Source: Carcharhinus amblyrhynchos
Taxonomy: Eukaryota
Assembly (NCBI GenBank): GCA_965287045.1
Contig: OZ336872.1
Location: forward strand, 83,824,001 to 83,888,000
Direction: 5' to 3'
Length of the DNA stretch: 64,000 nucleotides
Shown: positions 1 through 13,934 of the stretch, one piece after another
How the letters are laid out: each line of letters starts with the position of its first letter
How positions within the stretch are numbered: position 1 is the first letter of the stretch
The notes under the pieces: generated by a model
Database searches by the model: none
What the model was told of the DNA's origin: nothing
What the model saw: the letters and a program-made list of their open reading frames with translations, nothing else
Position numbers and translations under genes: made by a program

Positions 1-724
1 AAGCAGCATGCATAGATTTCAATCAAAAGCCGATATAGTTGCATATTCCTACTGTTTTAGTGACTGGATTTTTGTGCATCCTTCCCTCCTCTGTCTAGTA
101 TATTTGTGCTTTTAGTTGATTAAGATTCTGAGCTCTGGAATTCCATTTATAAACATTTATATCTTACCAGCCTGTTCATAACTTGTCACTTTACCAAGTT
201 TCTGGCCATCCCTCCTTGTATCTTCCACTTTGTCTTGGCATCCAATTTCGTCTGACCAGGCTTTGAAGTGTGTTTCTACTTAAAAGCACAATGTGAATGC
301 AAATTGTTGTATAGTGAGTTATAGCTGCCTGTAGTCACAAAATATACTCAGAATGTTGCAAGTTTTAATGTTCAGTTGGCTGGTAAATTAGGTGGAGAGT
401 TCATTTCTGAATATATGGAAGTTGCAGAAACTTCCATGAAAGTTGGATTTAAGCAGTAGCATTACCAGTGGTACCTTAACAGGTAAACTGCAGTACTTAA
501 GAAACTTGACGAAAAGAAGGCTTCAAAGTGAATCTTGAGGGCATTCCAAATTCTTTGTAATTTCAATATATACGTAAGCTCTCATTAAAAAAAAATTTTG
601 GAAATAACAGTTGTTTCCTTTTTTCCCCCTTTTCCTGTTTCTTTTTGTATTCCTTGAAATATTAATTTGCATAGATTAATTAAAGCCATCTTTGTCATTA
701 ATACTTATGATTTTGTCCACCTAG

Positions 725-844
725 GGAAAGCTGACTGCCAGGGAACGTGTCCAGCTGCTCTTGGATCGTGACTCCTTTGTAGAATATGACAAGTTTGTAG
801 AACATAGGTGTTCAGATTTTGGTATGGGCACAGAAGACAATAAG
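725..844 (+). CDS. PCCB: PCCB exon 2 (numbering by analogy to human)
   Basis: AG|...|GT, 120 nt; [40 protein letters not shown] is the carboxyltransferase N-terminal motif. Confidence 0.96.
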
Positions 845-1564
845 GTAACAGCAACAAGATATTCATTATAAATGTGGCATGCTCTTTTTTAATAGCAAGA
901 ACAAATAATCCAGTTTTAAATTTTGATGTCCCTTTCCCATGGGCACTGGAGTGATGCAAATTACAGATTATATTCCAGAGAGCCAGCAGCTATATTTTGG
1001 ACTGGCCTGAAGATTGTCAAGGCTCCAAGAAATCTACTGCTTGAAGATGCAGACCTTTCAGGCATCAGTAATATTGAGAATTAAACAAAAGATATTCATG
1101 GGAAGAATATCATTTTTTTTCCATTTAAAAAAAAATTGAATGCTTTAAACCATTCACTCCATCCCCCATCTTCAGAATTTCTTTTAATGTCAACTTGTTG
1201 ATTCAGATTTTGTTTTCATTATCACTTTTGGTGAGCCGGATGAATGGCACAAATGAATAAGATGCTGAAACAGTTCCATGCTAACATGTTGTTATGGCAA
1301 AAAAGCAAGGGTAATTCTGTGCAATAGAGTGCCACTTGCTGTGGATTGTGTTGCGCTTCAGCGGACATGCTTTAGAAAACGACTTTTTTACCACTTGGAA
1401 GGAAAACAAGCCCTAGCAATCTGACTACGCAATTACAGATAGTCTGTGTCTTTTGAGGAAATTTCTCTGTATGCTTGAATGCTGAACAATAATTTGTACT
1501 TCAGGTGAAGTCCATTTGTGCTTGCTTATCCTCTACCCAATGTTCCCAATTTCACACCTTAATT

Positions 1565-2130
1565 AATCGAAGATCAAACGTATGATTAAAAGGATAGGTT
1601 TTGAAGGATAAGGGGGATCATGTGGTGCAGAGGGTTGGACACTGTTACCTCATCTCCCCTGGGTTCAAATCTAACTTGGACTAAGGGGACCCAGTTCTGT
1701 TGAATGAAGTTAATTAATTTTTGATTATAATTTGGTTTCAATTTTTTTTTACATTTTTGTGAATTTTATGCTTATCATAGTTGAGGATGTTTTTGATGGG
1801 GCATAAATCCATTTTGGGCAGCGGTTGTTTTCAACAGCACATTTCTGTTCCACACTCAGAAATTGCTCTCTACTAACATCCTGTCACCTTTGTGAATGTG
1901 TACTAAATAGTGCCAAATTAGGGGTAGTATTATGTACATATGCACATGATGAATTGGATTGATACTGCTTATTTAACTAAGGAAACTTCATTCAACAGAA
2001 CTGGGTCCCCTTAGTCCAAGTTAGGTTTGAACCCAGGGGAGATGAGGTAACAGTGTCCAACCCTCTGCACCACATGATCCCCCTTATCCTTCAAAACCTA
2101 TCCTTTTAATCATACGTTTGATCTTCGATT
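1565..2130. repeat. About 146-bp inverted repeat (1565-1711 / 1984-2130) containing a degenerate tRNA-SINE head
   Basis: Arms are reverse complements apart from one substitution and one C-run indel; A-box TGGTGCAGAGGG and B-box GGTTCAAATC-like motifs are present. Confidence 0.92.
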
Positions 2131-3618
2131 GCTCACCAACTGTTTCTTACCTGTGCAAAATATCTTGGGATATAAAAAAACTCTTTGCCTATTTCCTTCA
2201 ATAAAACCACTGTTAGCTGATGTAAGCTATCACTTGCATCAAATGTTAATGGTACAAAGAATGGCTCAGCATTCTGTTTGGGAGAATGAAGTATGACACT
2301 TGACAAGTCTCAGTACCTATGCATTGATTTCCTTTATTACTAATGACAATGATGGAACAATTACTGAAAGGTATGGGATGTGGATCATTCACCAAACTGT
2401 TCTGTAAAGCTGTATTTTAGAGACAAGCAAAATATTTATCAAGGTTTATGATTTATCATTTTGAAGAGGGTACCAAAAACATTGTATCACATTGTGGCAA
2501 ACTTGCCAATTAATTAAAAGCCCCCTTCTTCGTCAGTTTTTATTTTGCTTACACAATATCTTGCTTCCTGAGATTGTTATAGGTAGTACATCCAACACAG
2601 ATTAAATTAAAATTTTACAGCAAAACATTCCAAGTCAAAGCAGTTATTTAAAAGTTACAGTGATAGTTCTTCCAGTAAGTAGAACCTTCCTGTTTGAATG
2701 TTTTCAAGTGTTTATGTTTAAAATCATAATTTAATATTGGACTGCATTTAAAAAGAATCAAATTTTTGTTATTGGCTCAGTGCATCATCACCTCATATCT
2801 GTTACAAAAATAGATTAGTCACATTGTTCAATGTAAATGTAGGAAATTTTGAAGCGCAATTCAGTTCTCTTAACTAAACAGAATACTTTAAAATGCATCC
2901 TTGGTGAGTTGATTATAGAGCTTTCTTAGATGTGTCCCCAGTTGCAAGTATCTTTAAAGGAAGACCTGTATTTGATCAACCAAGATTGTGATGGGGACAG
3001 GTTATAGTGAGTTAATATACTGCCCTCTTCTTTGGCAGTTTCATTTCATATCAAACTGCACTGGTGTTCAAAGTTTTTCTGGGGAATCAGTTGGGGTGTG
3101 ATCAATCCAGCGCCTGAATGTCAGGGGCCCTAAGTACAAAGTTGCCCACATATGACCTCTGTGAGGTATGGCTGGCATGAGAAATTTAAAAGAAAGAAAT
3201 AATATTGCTGGAGTACACTTCTGAGCTGGGCTGAAAGCACATTGTTGGGATAGATTAGAATAAAACTTTATTTTTGTATCCAAAAGTTTTTTCTGAAATC
3301 AAATTGCTTAATGCTGATTTTGGTATACTAGTATTCCATTCACAGTCATGACATTTCTCCTCTTGTTGTGCAGAGAAGCGTAGTATAGTTCATAATGTTT
3401 ATTAAATCCATCACTCTGCAAAATATTTCTGTAAAGTATAATTGCTTTTAGTACTTCCTTTTCCATGTTCAATCAGGTACCAAAAAATGCCCTAGAGCTT
3501 TGAAGAATCTGAGTGGGTGCTATCTCAATCCTACACTTGATCCAGTATGGTTTCACGTTGTCAAACATCTAACTTCATTTGTTATTGGTTTCTTCTTTGT
3601 TTTTAAACCATTTTATAG

Positions 3619-3708
<90 letters not shown>

Positions 3709-4651
3709 TAGTTTCTCTTCTTGAAAAAATTTCACACATCTAAACCACCACAAGGTTTTGCTTTAAATCTCATAGTGATAACGTTTTTTGATTGCATCGG
3801 TGAAATGAAGTATGGCATGTAACTTAATTTGAAGAATGATAATAGAAAGAACAAAAATGAATAATCACTATCTCAAATACCACTACCTCAATTGGAAAGG
3901 TCAGCACGTTCGTCAGCTTTCCTTTTGCAATCGATGAGAGCACAAACTCACTATTTTGTCTGACCCTCTGTTCCCTTTGAATTAAGGTAGTGAAAACATT
4001 CTATAAATTTAATGTTGAGACTTGAATAGTCTTTCAGTATTTTAGGCTATTTTCTATAATCTGGACCCCAATGATACAAAACTTTGACCCTTTTGACATT
4101 CTGGACCTCATTGATACCAACTAAATGAAAATTCTTTTCTAAGAATTTGTTAAATTACCTAATGCATGAAGAGATGCTATTGTGAGAGGAAAAGATTTGA
4201 GAAATTACTGAAATGTACGTTTTGCTGAATTCATGAAAATTGCCCTGTTACTCCACTGGTAAATATAGCCACCTTCTAACAAAAAAGCTGGATTGGCAAA
4301 CAAATATTGGTGGGCTGATCAGGTTGTTTTAAAATGCATATGCCCACCTTGACCCTGCACGGTTAAGTTTTGTCTTTTAAATCCCTCTGTCCTCCTGATC
4401 TATCTCTAACTTCTTCTGTGCCCTGCTGGGGTATGGTCACACTTACGAAGTGCCTTGGTAAACTTTGTGTGTTATTGAAGCTACTGCATAAGGGTGAGAA
4501 TAGTTTTTGTCTTTTAGATATTGGGCAAGAGTATTGCAGTATTTAAACTTGCTGGTTATACAATGGAAAAAGTAAAGCAACTTCACATTATTGTACAAAA
4601 CTGATGCATGTTGTATGTTGCTCATTTTATAATTCTTGTTTCTTTTGGTAG

Positions 4652-4708
4652 GATTTTACAGTGTTTGGAGGAAGTTTGTCAGGAGCTCATGCGCAGAAGA
4701 TCTGCAAG
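4652..4708 (+). CDS. PCCB: PCCB exon 4
   Basis: 57 nt, AG/GT; DFTVFGGSLSGAHAQKICK. Confidence 0.97.
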
Positions 4709-4949
4709 GTAAAAGGATAAATGAATGGAAGCGACAGTCTGAGTGCGGGTCATCCATTAATTCCCAAGTAGCCCCTTGTTGATGTAGATGTAACTTGTGT
4801 GATTTAGAGTTGACTCAGCTGCTGCTACACATACAGGATGGTTATCATTCAAACAGAAATAATAGATATGCCAAAGCAAAATACCCTAATTCCTCCTTAA
4901 GTTTGCCAGGGTACTGTCAGTAAGTTCATGCGGGTGCAAGAAATATGAT

Positions 4950-5070
4950 ATAAAAATAGAAATGCTGGAAATACTCAGGTTTGGCAGTATCTGTGAAGAG
5001 AGAAGCAGTTAACATTTCAAGCCAGTTACCTTCAGAAGTGATGAAAGGTCATTGAACTGAAACGTTAACA
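4950..5070. mobile_element. Short Penelope-type terminal-repeat remnant with an inverted half and a hammerhead-like core
   Basis: AAATGCTGGAAATACTCAG...GTTAACATTTCA.../...TGATGAAAGGTCATTGAACTGAAACGTTAAC; related sequence at about 38955, 41650-42030 and 46060. Confidence 0.55.
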
Positions 5071-5108
5071 GAAGTGGGATGGTAATTAAGGATGGTGTAA
5101 CAGATATG

Positions 5109-7137
5109 GGCCAGGATTCTCCCCAAAAAAAATTCTAAGTTCCCACAATAACCTGTTCAGTGATGCCCAGTTTGGATTTTCCCAGCGTCACTCAGCTCCT
5201 GACTTCACAGCCTTGGTTCAAACATGGACAAAAAAGCTGAATTCTAGAGGTGTGACAGAGAGTGACAGCCGTTGATATCAAGGCCGCATTTGATCGAGTG
5301 TGGCATCAAGGAACCCTATGGGTATCGGGGGCAAACTCTCTGCTGGTTGGAGTCATACATGGCACATGGGAAGAAGGTTGTGGTTGTGAAGGGTCAGTCA
5401 TCTCCGCTCTAGGACATCACTGCAGGAATCCCTTAGAGTAGTATACTAAGCCCAACAATCTTCAGCTGCTTCATCAAAGATCTTCCCTCCGTCAAGGTCA
5501 GAAGTGGGGATGTTAGCCGATGACTGCACAATGTTCAGCACAATTCGTGGCGACTCAAATACTGAAGCAATCCCTGTTCAAATGCAACAAGATCTGGACA
5601 ATATCCAGGCTTGGGCTGACAAGTGGCAAGGAGCATTTGCGTCACACAAATGCCAAGCAATGACCATCACCAATAAGACACACTGTAACCACCATCCCTT
5701 GACATTCAGTGGTGTAACCATCACTGAATCCCCCACTGTCAACATCCTTGTGGTTACCATTGACCAGAAACTCAGCTGGACTCGCCACATAAACAAAGTG
5801 GCGACAAGAGCAGGCCAGAGGCGAGGAACACTGTGGCAAGTAACTCAACTCCTGACTCCCCAAAGCCTAGCCACCATCTACAAGGCACAAGTCGGAGTGT
5901 GATGGAATACTCCCTACTTGCCTGGATGGGTGCAGCTCCAACAACACTGAAGAAGCTTGATACTTTCCAGGACAAAGCAGTCCACTTGATTGGCATCGCA
6001 TCTAAAAACATTCAATCCTTCTACTACCAATGCTCAGTAGCAGCAGTGTGTATTATCTACAAGATGCACTTCAGCAATTCACCAAAAATCCTTAGACAGC
6101 ACCTTCCAAACCTATGACCATTTACATCTAGAAGGACAAGGACAAGGGCAACAGATAAATGGGAACACCACTACCTACAAGTTCCCCTTCAAGCCAGTTA
6201 CCACTCTTACTTGGAAATATATCGCCGTTCCTTCGCAGTCACTGGGTCAAAATCCTGGAATTTCCTCCCTAATGGCATTATGGGTCAATCCGCAGTACAT
6301 GGACAGCAGCGATTCAAGAAGGCAGCTCACCACCTTCTCAAGGACAACTAGGGATGGGCAATAAATGCTGGCCGGCCAGCGACGCCCGTGTCCCATGAAT
6401 TAATTCTTTAAAAAGTGGGAAAATGGGTGTAAATCATGCCTTTGTTTGTGTAATTTCCAGAATGAATCTCCGACACTCTGCATCAGAGTACCTCAGCGGG
6501 ATTCACTCTGGAAATCTGTGGGTGGAGCTTACACCGCCCAAGAGACTGGCAGCGTAGCGCTGAGTGGGCCACTGCACATGTGCCGATTTGTCAGTGTGGA
6601 GATCAGTGCATGTGCGGTGACCCTGCATTGCTGGCCTTCCTAATACTCCACCACCACCACCCAGGATGGCCAGCCCTGATTGCCCTCTTCTCCTCTGTCC
6701 TTTCCCAATGCTACAAGTGCAAAGTGGCAGCAGTATGCCTCACCTTGGCACTGCCTGATGTCCAGTGGGCAGTGCCCAAGGGACACATCTCCTTACCCCC
6801 GACCTTCTGGGGTGTGGAGGGGGCCTCAGTGGCCTCTCTTTCCTCCAGTAAGGTCAGGCTGCCTGTTCCCCGTTAGTGGGGAGCAGGACTAAATATTGCT
6901 GGAGGGAACCACTCCTGGCAGGGGTGGGGAAAAGCTAGCTGGCCCAGAAAATTGAGTCACAGGCTCACTAATGTTAAAATAGTGATTTCAACATGATAAT
7001 CAACTCTGCACTGATTTCTGGCGTGGAGCTAATTACGTGAAAAATCTTGGTCCTAGTGTGGAGGCCGTGATGCTCAGTGGGAAGCCTGGTAAAGGTCCCT
7101 ACTGGAGCAGTGCAGCAGGCTGGGAGAATCACCCCCA
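5109..7137. mobile_element. Non-autonomous PIF/Harbinger-related element interrupted by a LINE
   Basis: Ends GGCCAGGATTCTCCC / GGGAGAATCACCCC; 5109-5140 plus 6416-6590 align with the reverse complement of the Harbinger end at about 18630-18848. Confidence 0.6.
5141..6410 (+). mobile_element. 5'-truncated CR1/L2-clade LINE (RT pseudogene and 3' tail)
   Basis: ORF 5504-5902 has ADDCT, QQDLDNIQAWADKWQ and IYKAQV motifs; tail CTAGGGATGGGCAATAAATGCTGGCC also occurs at about 10160, 23880 and 38500(-). Confidence 0.88.
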
Positions 7138-7564
7138 TGATCTTTTAGGCCTCATTCTGTTGCTGTTCTACTTGCAATTCTTCCTCCTTCCAATTACAAT
7201 TCCAATTGACGTTACAACTGTACGCAAAGATCCCAGAATGGAACCCTGGCTCAAAAGACTCTCACTTTTACTTCTTTGTTTATAAAACACGGAGAAATAG
7301 CGTTGCAGGGCCACACAGGAAAAAGTGATAAAATATGTTTTTTTATATATGATTCTTCTTTGGCGTAACAAATACACGTAGATTTTAAGATTCACATCGA
7401 TTACAATGATCATCTTAAGCAACAATGGTCTCAGCATCACAAGTCTCTTTAAACACACATATGGGCTGTGGCCAAATGTGTACGTTCCATTCGGAATTCA
7501 AGTTAGTATCTGTGACTTTCTCCTCAGAATCCCCCAGATGATTGAGAGAGTTTTCAAGCTCTAA

Positions 7565-7807
7565 CAATCCCACTCAGGCCCTATATATCCCTGTAACCCA
7601 ATGTATTGACCCTGCTAATCCCCCTAAGGGACAATTTACCATAGCCAATCAACCTAAACTATGCATACTTGGAGTGTGGGAGGAAACTGGAGCACCCACA
7701 GAGGAAATCCACGCAAGACATGATGAGAATGTGCAAACTCCACCAAAGGCCAAAATTAAACCCATCTCTGGTGCTGTGAGGCAGCAGTGCGAACCACCGT
7801 GCCACCC
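7565..7807 (-). mobile_element. tRNA-derived V-SINE (HE1-like)
   Basis: Reverse complement begins GGGTGGCACGGTGGTTCGCACTGCTGCCTCACAGC and contains the GTGGAGTTTGCACATTCTC...GGTGCTCCAGTTTCCTCCCACA V-domain. Confidence 0.8.
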
Positions 7808-8427
7808 ACAAAGTCATGTAGTCAACAGAATTGAGAGATGTTCATTCCCTGATGCCCTGTCTTCAATTGCCTATAAATTCAGCTACACTAGGAACAAAAA
7901 CCTTTCTACCTTAAAAGAGCTTCCAGTTGCTAATCAACACCTACATACTTCTGCTGGCTCATTTACTCTTTACGCTGTAGTCCCCTCTAAGCAGTATAGA
8001 AACACAGTTGGAACTGAATCAACCCCCACACATGATACCTTTGTCCAGCATGAACCTAACTATAGGTTTTGCCCTTTCTTTCACAGAAACATTAAATTAA
8101 ACCCACTTAAACTTTATAAATAAGGTATAGTTTTATCAATACAAATCCCTCAAAATTATCTTTATTTTCCTAACATTCCCAACCACCATTTGAGAGCCGA
8201 TATCCACTTGCTTAATATACCTGTTGCATATTTCTATACGTCGCTTTTAAAAGGCTTGATGAGGTTAAGTCATCCCAAGTAACATGTAGGGAAAGTGAAC
8301 CACTGATATATTTGTACCTAATTGCTACATATTTTGCTGTGGTATAACAAGCGAGTACAAGGGGGTGGGGACATTTTTGGCTTCCAATTTTAAATGCATT
8401 GATAATGTCATTTGTGTCTCTGTCTAG

Positions 8428-8601
<174 letters not shown>

Positions 8602-8834
8602 TAGATTTTATTTTGAGTGGGAGGGAGATGAAATAGGAATTTGTATTTATTATGTTTTTATTCCACCTTTAAAAGTACACTTTGAACAATATTAAGTGTA
8701 CAGTTGAAGGTATTTGCATGCAAGTTTTGTTTACCTGATGCATCACTTGTAAATGATGACGGATTTATTACTTGTAAATATGAAATTCATTGTCATAGTA
8801 TCTTCTGTTTGGAGCTAATTATTTATTTTCACTG

Positions 8835-9116
8835 CCTCAAAATTACTTTTATTTTCCTAACATTCCCAACCACCGATATCCACTTGTTTAATATACCTGT
8901 TGCATATTTCTGTACGTTGCTTTTAAAAGACTTGATGAGGTTAAGTCATCCCAAGAAACAAGTAGAGAAAGGGAACCACTGATATATTTGCATTTAATTA
9001 CTAAATATTTTGCTGTGGCATAATAAGCGAGTACAAGAGGGTGGGGACATTTTTGGCTTCCCATTTTAAATGCATTGATAATGTCATTTGTGTTTCTGTC
9101 TAGATTATGGACCAAG
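8835..9116 (+). repeat. Local direct duplicate of 8148-8440 (end of intron 4 plus first 13 nt of exon 5)
   Basis: Colinear and highly similar; the ORF track shows twin peptides at 8212-8439 and 8888-9115. Confidence 0.93.
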
Positions 9117-11803
9117 TTGTGGAGAGCTTGTACTTTAAAATATTTTATTCACAGGATATTGGTATACTGGCAAGACTTATTTATTGTCCATCCTTATTCT
9201 CCCTTGAGAAGGTTATGGTGGGCATTTTTAAACAATGTTGCTCACTTCAAAGTCTTTTGAAGTATATTAGGTGATATATTTGCAGGTGTCTGCTAACACT
9301 GCTCTGCAACTACTCTTTCGAGTGGTCTGGGTAACACTTGGCTTTTGTTCCTCCAAATCTACTCTGGCTTGGCCTAAAACCTACTAAATACAGGAGGAAA
9401 TATTTTTTGTTTTTTAAATTTATTATGTGGTCATGGGATGTGGTTATAGTTAACAAGGCCCATATTATTGGTGGCCTTCTTGGTTATTTTAAAGAGCAGT
9501 TAAGAGACAGGCACATTGCTGAGAATCTGAAATCACAAACAACAAATAGACCAAACTGGGTAAGGGCGATAGGTTATTTTCCTTAAAGGACATCAGTTAA
9601 CTGGTTGAGTGTTTGCAACAATCTAGTAGTTTAATCGTCACTGCTACTAGTGTTGGCTTTTTATTCAAGATTTATTTGTTTAACTGAATTTAAATTCTTT
9701 ACTATTGTAGTCAGATTTGAACTTGATCTCCAGATTATTGGTTCAGGCTCTAGGTTACCAGTCCAGTAATATAATTGTGTACTGCCATGGCCATGTTGTG
9801 AATTTTGATGTGGAAGTGTTACCACTTTGCATTTATCATGTTTTCAGAATCTTACTGTGAATGCTGTAATGAAATATACTCTACTACCAGGACAGAATTA
9901 TTTTGGGATGTGAAATTTAACACATAGCAGTGAATGTCCGATGGCATTGGTTGCTAAGCAATTTTACATAATGTAATACAATGTATTCTGCTGGTAATGT
10001 CCATTTTGGTACGATTGTTAAATAAACAAAGCTTCAAGTGATTTTATAATTAATTGGTTGGGAAATTTTGCAAGTTGAATGCAGAACCTCTGGTCATGAC
10101 CTAACAAAAACTGCAGTGACTCAAGAAGGCAGCTCACCATTACCTTCTGAAGGGCAATTAGGGATGGGCAATAAATTCTGCTCTTGCCAGCGATACCCGT
10201 ATTCCATTAGCGAATGGAAAAACAACCATTGCAACTTGTTCACTTTTGTGTTCCAGGTGAGAAGTGTAGAGCATTTCAGGACGGTTTTCCTTAAACAATG
10301 CCTGATGCTTACATACCACTTTCAAAAATGAATGAAATATTCATAAATAAATTCTGTGTCCCAAAAAAGCAAAATGTGTAGGGGTGTTTTGGAGGCGTTG
10401 TCAGTGCTGCTGTATGGTTGGCTTTTGTAGGAAGGAATTTTCTTTGCACCTGTTCTCTTTCCCTCTGCCAAGTTGAGTTTGGCAAACCAACCATCAGGAA
10501 TAATATTTTGACTGCAGTTTGGTTTTAATGAGTTTTGACCTACACCATGCTTTCTTGACTTTGGTGTTGTCTTGACGATGTTGTGCTTTTTGAAGATATG
10601 ATTTTTCCTTGATTTTAAAATGGAATCCTATATATCGACAATTGTGCTTTTTTTGAAGAAGCAGCCCAGACAGGCTGACTTGCTATAAAACCCAATTTTG
10701 TATTCCACAAAGTTTGAAACGAAATTGACAGTCAACCCGTGGGAAGCATCTTTTGATACACTGAGAATCCACAAATGTTTCTGAGAAGAGACATTAAAAT
10801 TCCGTTACCTGTTCTGAAACAAGAACTGCTGCAGACATGAACTGATCAAGCCTCTCTGGAATGTACAACCAGCAAAGTATTTCAAGGGAATTCATGTCAA
10901 GCAGGAGAGAAGAAATGAAAAAGAACAATGCAGTACTGGAATTGACTGTTAGAGCTGTGTGCCTACTCTCTCTCTACCCAGTTTGTAAAGTGACCATTTT
11001 GAGAAGAAAATTACTGCGAACCATGATTTTTTTTCAAATGTAGAAATCTGTTCCATGTGATTGCATCCAGGAAAATAGCTGAGATAAACTTCCCCATTGT
11101 CAAAATCAATGCGCCAAGATCAATCAAGCTAATATGTTCTTCATATTTTTCTTTCAATGGATTGTAAAATCCTTATAAGCCTATTTTCCTACACAGCATC
11201 TGCACTTGTTCACCTTGGTCCACAAACAAATATATGTGACCATGTGAATGGTCTCACGTTTCTCTTTAAACTTGGAAATAGTTTCAATAAACTTAGCTTG
11301 TTCTTCGTTTAACCTAAGAAAACCTGTCTGAGTAATACTCTGCAGCCTCAACATGTAAATAGCAGGACATTTGCAAAATTGGCAAAGCACATCCTCTCTC
11401 AATTCTTAAAAGACAAACTGTCTTGAAGTCAAAAAAGCACCAGAAGAATAGGGGAGTTATTTCATCTTCCTCACCTTGTTGTAGCTATGTTTATGAAATT
11501 AATATACTTTGATTTTGTCATGCAATTTATTAAATAAAATGCACTTCAGAATATGCAACCAGTTTTTAAATACATAAAAATTACAGAAATGATAGCTACA
11601 TTTTGGGTGGTGCACTTAACATAGTTCAGTTTATGGATAGATAAAACTGATTTTATGAACTACTGTAATGAAATAATCTTTCCAGAAGTGTAAAGGTTGT
11701 TGTTTGGGTTGTGCTTAATTTGTCTTCCAACATAATAGATGGTGTGGCTTATTTTTGGACAAGTTCATCAACACAATAGTAAAGTGTTCTTAATATCTTA
11801 CAG

Positions 11804-11914
11804 AGAAATGTCCTGTCCTCTGGAGTCATTCCTCAGATATCCCTCATAATGGGTCCCTGTGCTGGTGGTGCTGTCTACTCACCTGCTTTAACAGACTTTA
11901 CATTTATGGTGAAG
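11804..11914 (+). CDS. PCCB: PCCB exon 6
   Basis: 111 nt, AG/GT; [37 protein letters not shown]. Confidence 0.97.
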
Positions 11915-12419
11915 GTAATGTACATTGGTTCATGATTCAACTAACAATTTGTTGTTTTCTGCACCTTTTAGTAGCCAGGACACCATATCAAATACTTTTA
12001 GATGCAATTTTTTTCTTGGCATACCAAGATGATTAGCGAAAGTTGTTGAGAATTGTGAAACAGATTTATTTTCTGTGCTGTATTATGCACAACAGTTCAC
12101 CACATAATGGTACGGGCCATACAACTCCGGGGTCTGAAGGGAAATTATGAAATCTGGAGCGGACACTGACTTTATTTTCCTGTAAACTATTCTGGCTCAT
12201 TTGTGCACTCAACATGCTAAATGATTTAAAAGGATGGTTGAAGCAAATGTGCTTTAGAGCAAGAAATTATGTGAAAATTTGTAAGTTTTTCTTTTTTGAA
12301 ATGAATTATCCCACAATTTCATAGTCTTCTGCTAGGATGGCTAAGTTGTTTGAACTGACGTTAATTGTAGGGAAAGTGCAAGAATGCAGTATTAGCAACG
12401 TGATTATGGATTTATGAAA

Positions 12420-13120
12420 AAAAATCGAGCTGTGAAGTTATACAGTTTGGAAGGAAAAAAAGAGAAGCAGAACAATATGGAGAATGTGAGAGACTGGGAA
12501 ATTTGATATTCAGAGCGATTTCCATGTTCTTGTACATGAATCGCAGAAAATTAACATCCAGGCACAGCAAGCAATAAGGGAAGTGAGTAATGTATTAACC
12601 TCCCTTGAAAAGGGATTTGTGAACAAGAATCAAGAAGTGTCTGTGCAAGAATATAGAAATGTTGTGAACACTACAGCTCGGTCTCCTCAGCTAAGGAAGG
12701 GCCCTGGAGAGAATGCAATGAGGAGTTCACTTGACTGATTCCTGGGATAGGAGGAGATCAAGTAGTCAGCCCAATATTTCCTAGACTATAGAAGATTGAG
12801 AAGTGATCTCATTGAAACAAATTCCTGTGGATTGTGGAAGAATGTTTTCCCTGGCATGGTGGTCTAGAATTGGGGATTAGAGTCTTCATAAGTGGTCAAC
12901 CATTTAGGACAGAGCTGAGTGTGTCTCTTTGGGATTCTCAGTTGTAGAGAATGGTGGATGTTCACTTTATTCAAGATAAAAATTGATTGACTCTTGAATA
13001 CAAAGGGAATCAAGTGAAATCAAATTGTGCAAGAAGGTGGAATTGAGGTGATGATCAGCCATGATCTTGGTGAATGATGGAGCAAGATCAAAGGGTCAAA
13101 GGACCTCTGCCTCCTGTGTC
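12420..13120 (+). mobile_element. Old CR1 LINE 3' fragment
   Basis: Degenerate match to the CR1 RT C-terminus and the GATCAGCCATGATCT...GAATG tail. Confidence 0.7.
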
Positions 13121-13825
13121 TGGGTGGCTGGAATTTGAGTTAGCATGACTGGAAGCTCTTTCATATGAGTCACTTTGGCCTTGTATCTTTTGGAGCAATG
13201 CCGGTTTGTCAACGTTGGTTACTTACGCACAACAAATGATGAGCTCCTTGCATTTTCAAGACGCTGTGGAACATGCAATGAAAGCAAGTGTCTGCTTTTG
13301 TATACTAAACATTATTGGGTAAAGTACTGATTTTACTACCTTTGCATAATCAAATTACTGTACAAAATAGCAGGAATCTAAGGTCAGGGAAATATAGGAA
13401 GCAGCAGTGCTTTGTGAAAATGCAGGGTAAGTTGTTATCCACTTTTGAGGATTGGCTTAATATTTGATTTAATAAGCAGGATCTGTTTTTTTTCCAGGTC
13501 CCACATTATTGAAGCTCTTCTACTTTTTGTTTTTACACATGAAACTTTCCTTGTGTTGCTGACTTGCACGTAAATGTTAACCCGGGTCTGGTGCAATGAC
13601 AGTGTGTTGGTGCTGCGTTTTTACTTTACAGTTTTGAGTCCATCTTCCAGAATTACACTTTTTTTAAACAAAAGAAGACGTGTGATAATACTGAATGGGT
13701 GGAAAGTGCTGTTATCCCCTAGTCTCTATTTTAAAAACTGTCAGTATATTCATGCAGCATTTTCCTTTTTAAAATCAGAGTTGACAATAATTAGATTGGT
13801 TTTGGAATTTTCTTTCATGTTGCAG

Positions 13826-13934
13826 GATACCTCGTATTTGTTCATCACTGGCCCTGATGTGGTGAAATCTGTCACAAATGAGGATGTGACTCAAGAAGAT
13901 CTTGGTGGTGCTAAAACACACACTGCAGTCTCAG
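13826..13934 (+). CDS. PCCB: PCCB exon 7
   Basis: 109 nt, AG/GT; [36 protein letters not shown](G). Confidence 0.97.

Noticed and set aside
7542-8123. 193-aa ORF
   Set aside because: Antisense SINE plus intronic sequence with no recognisable domain or splice support
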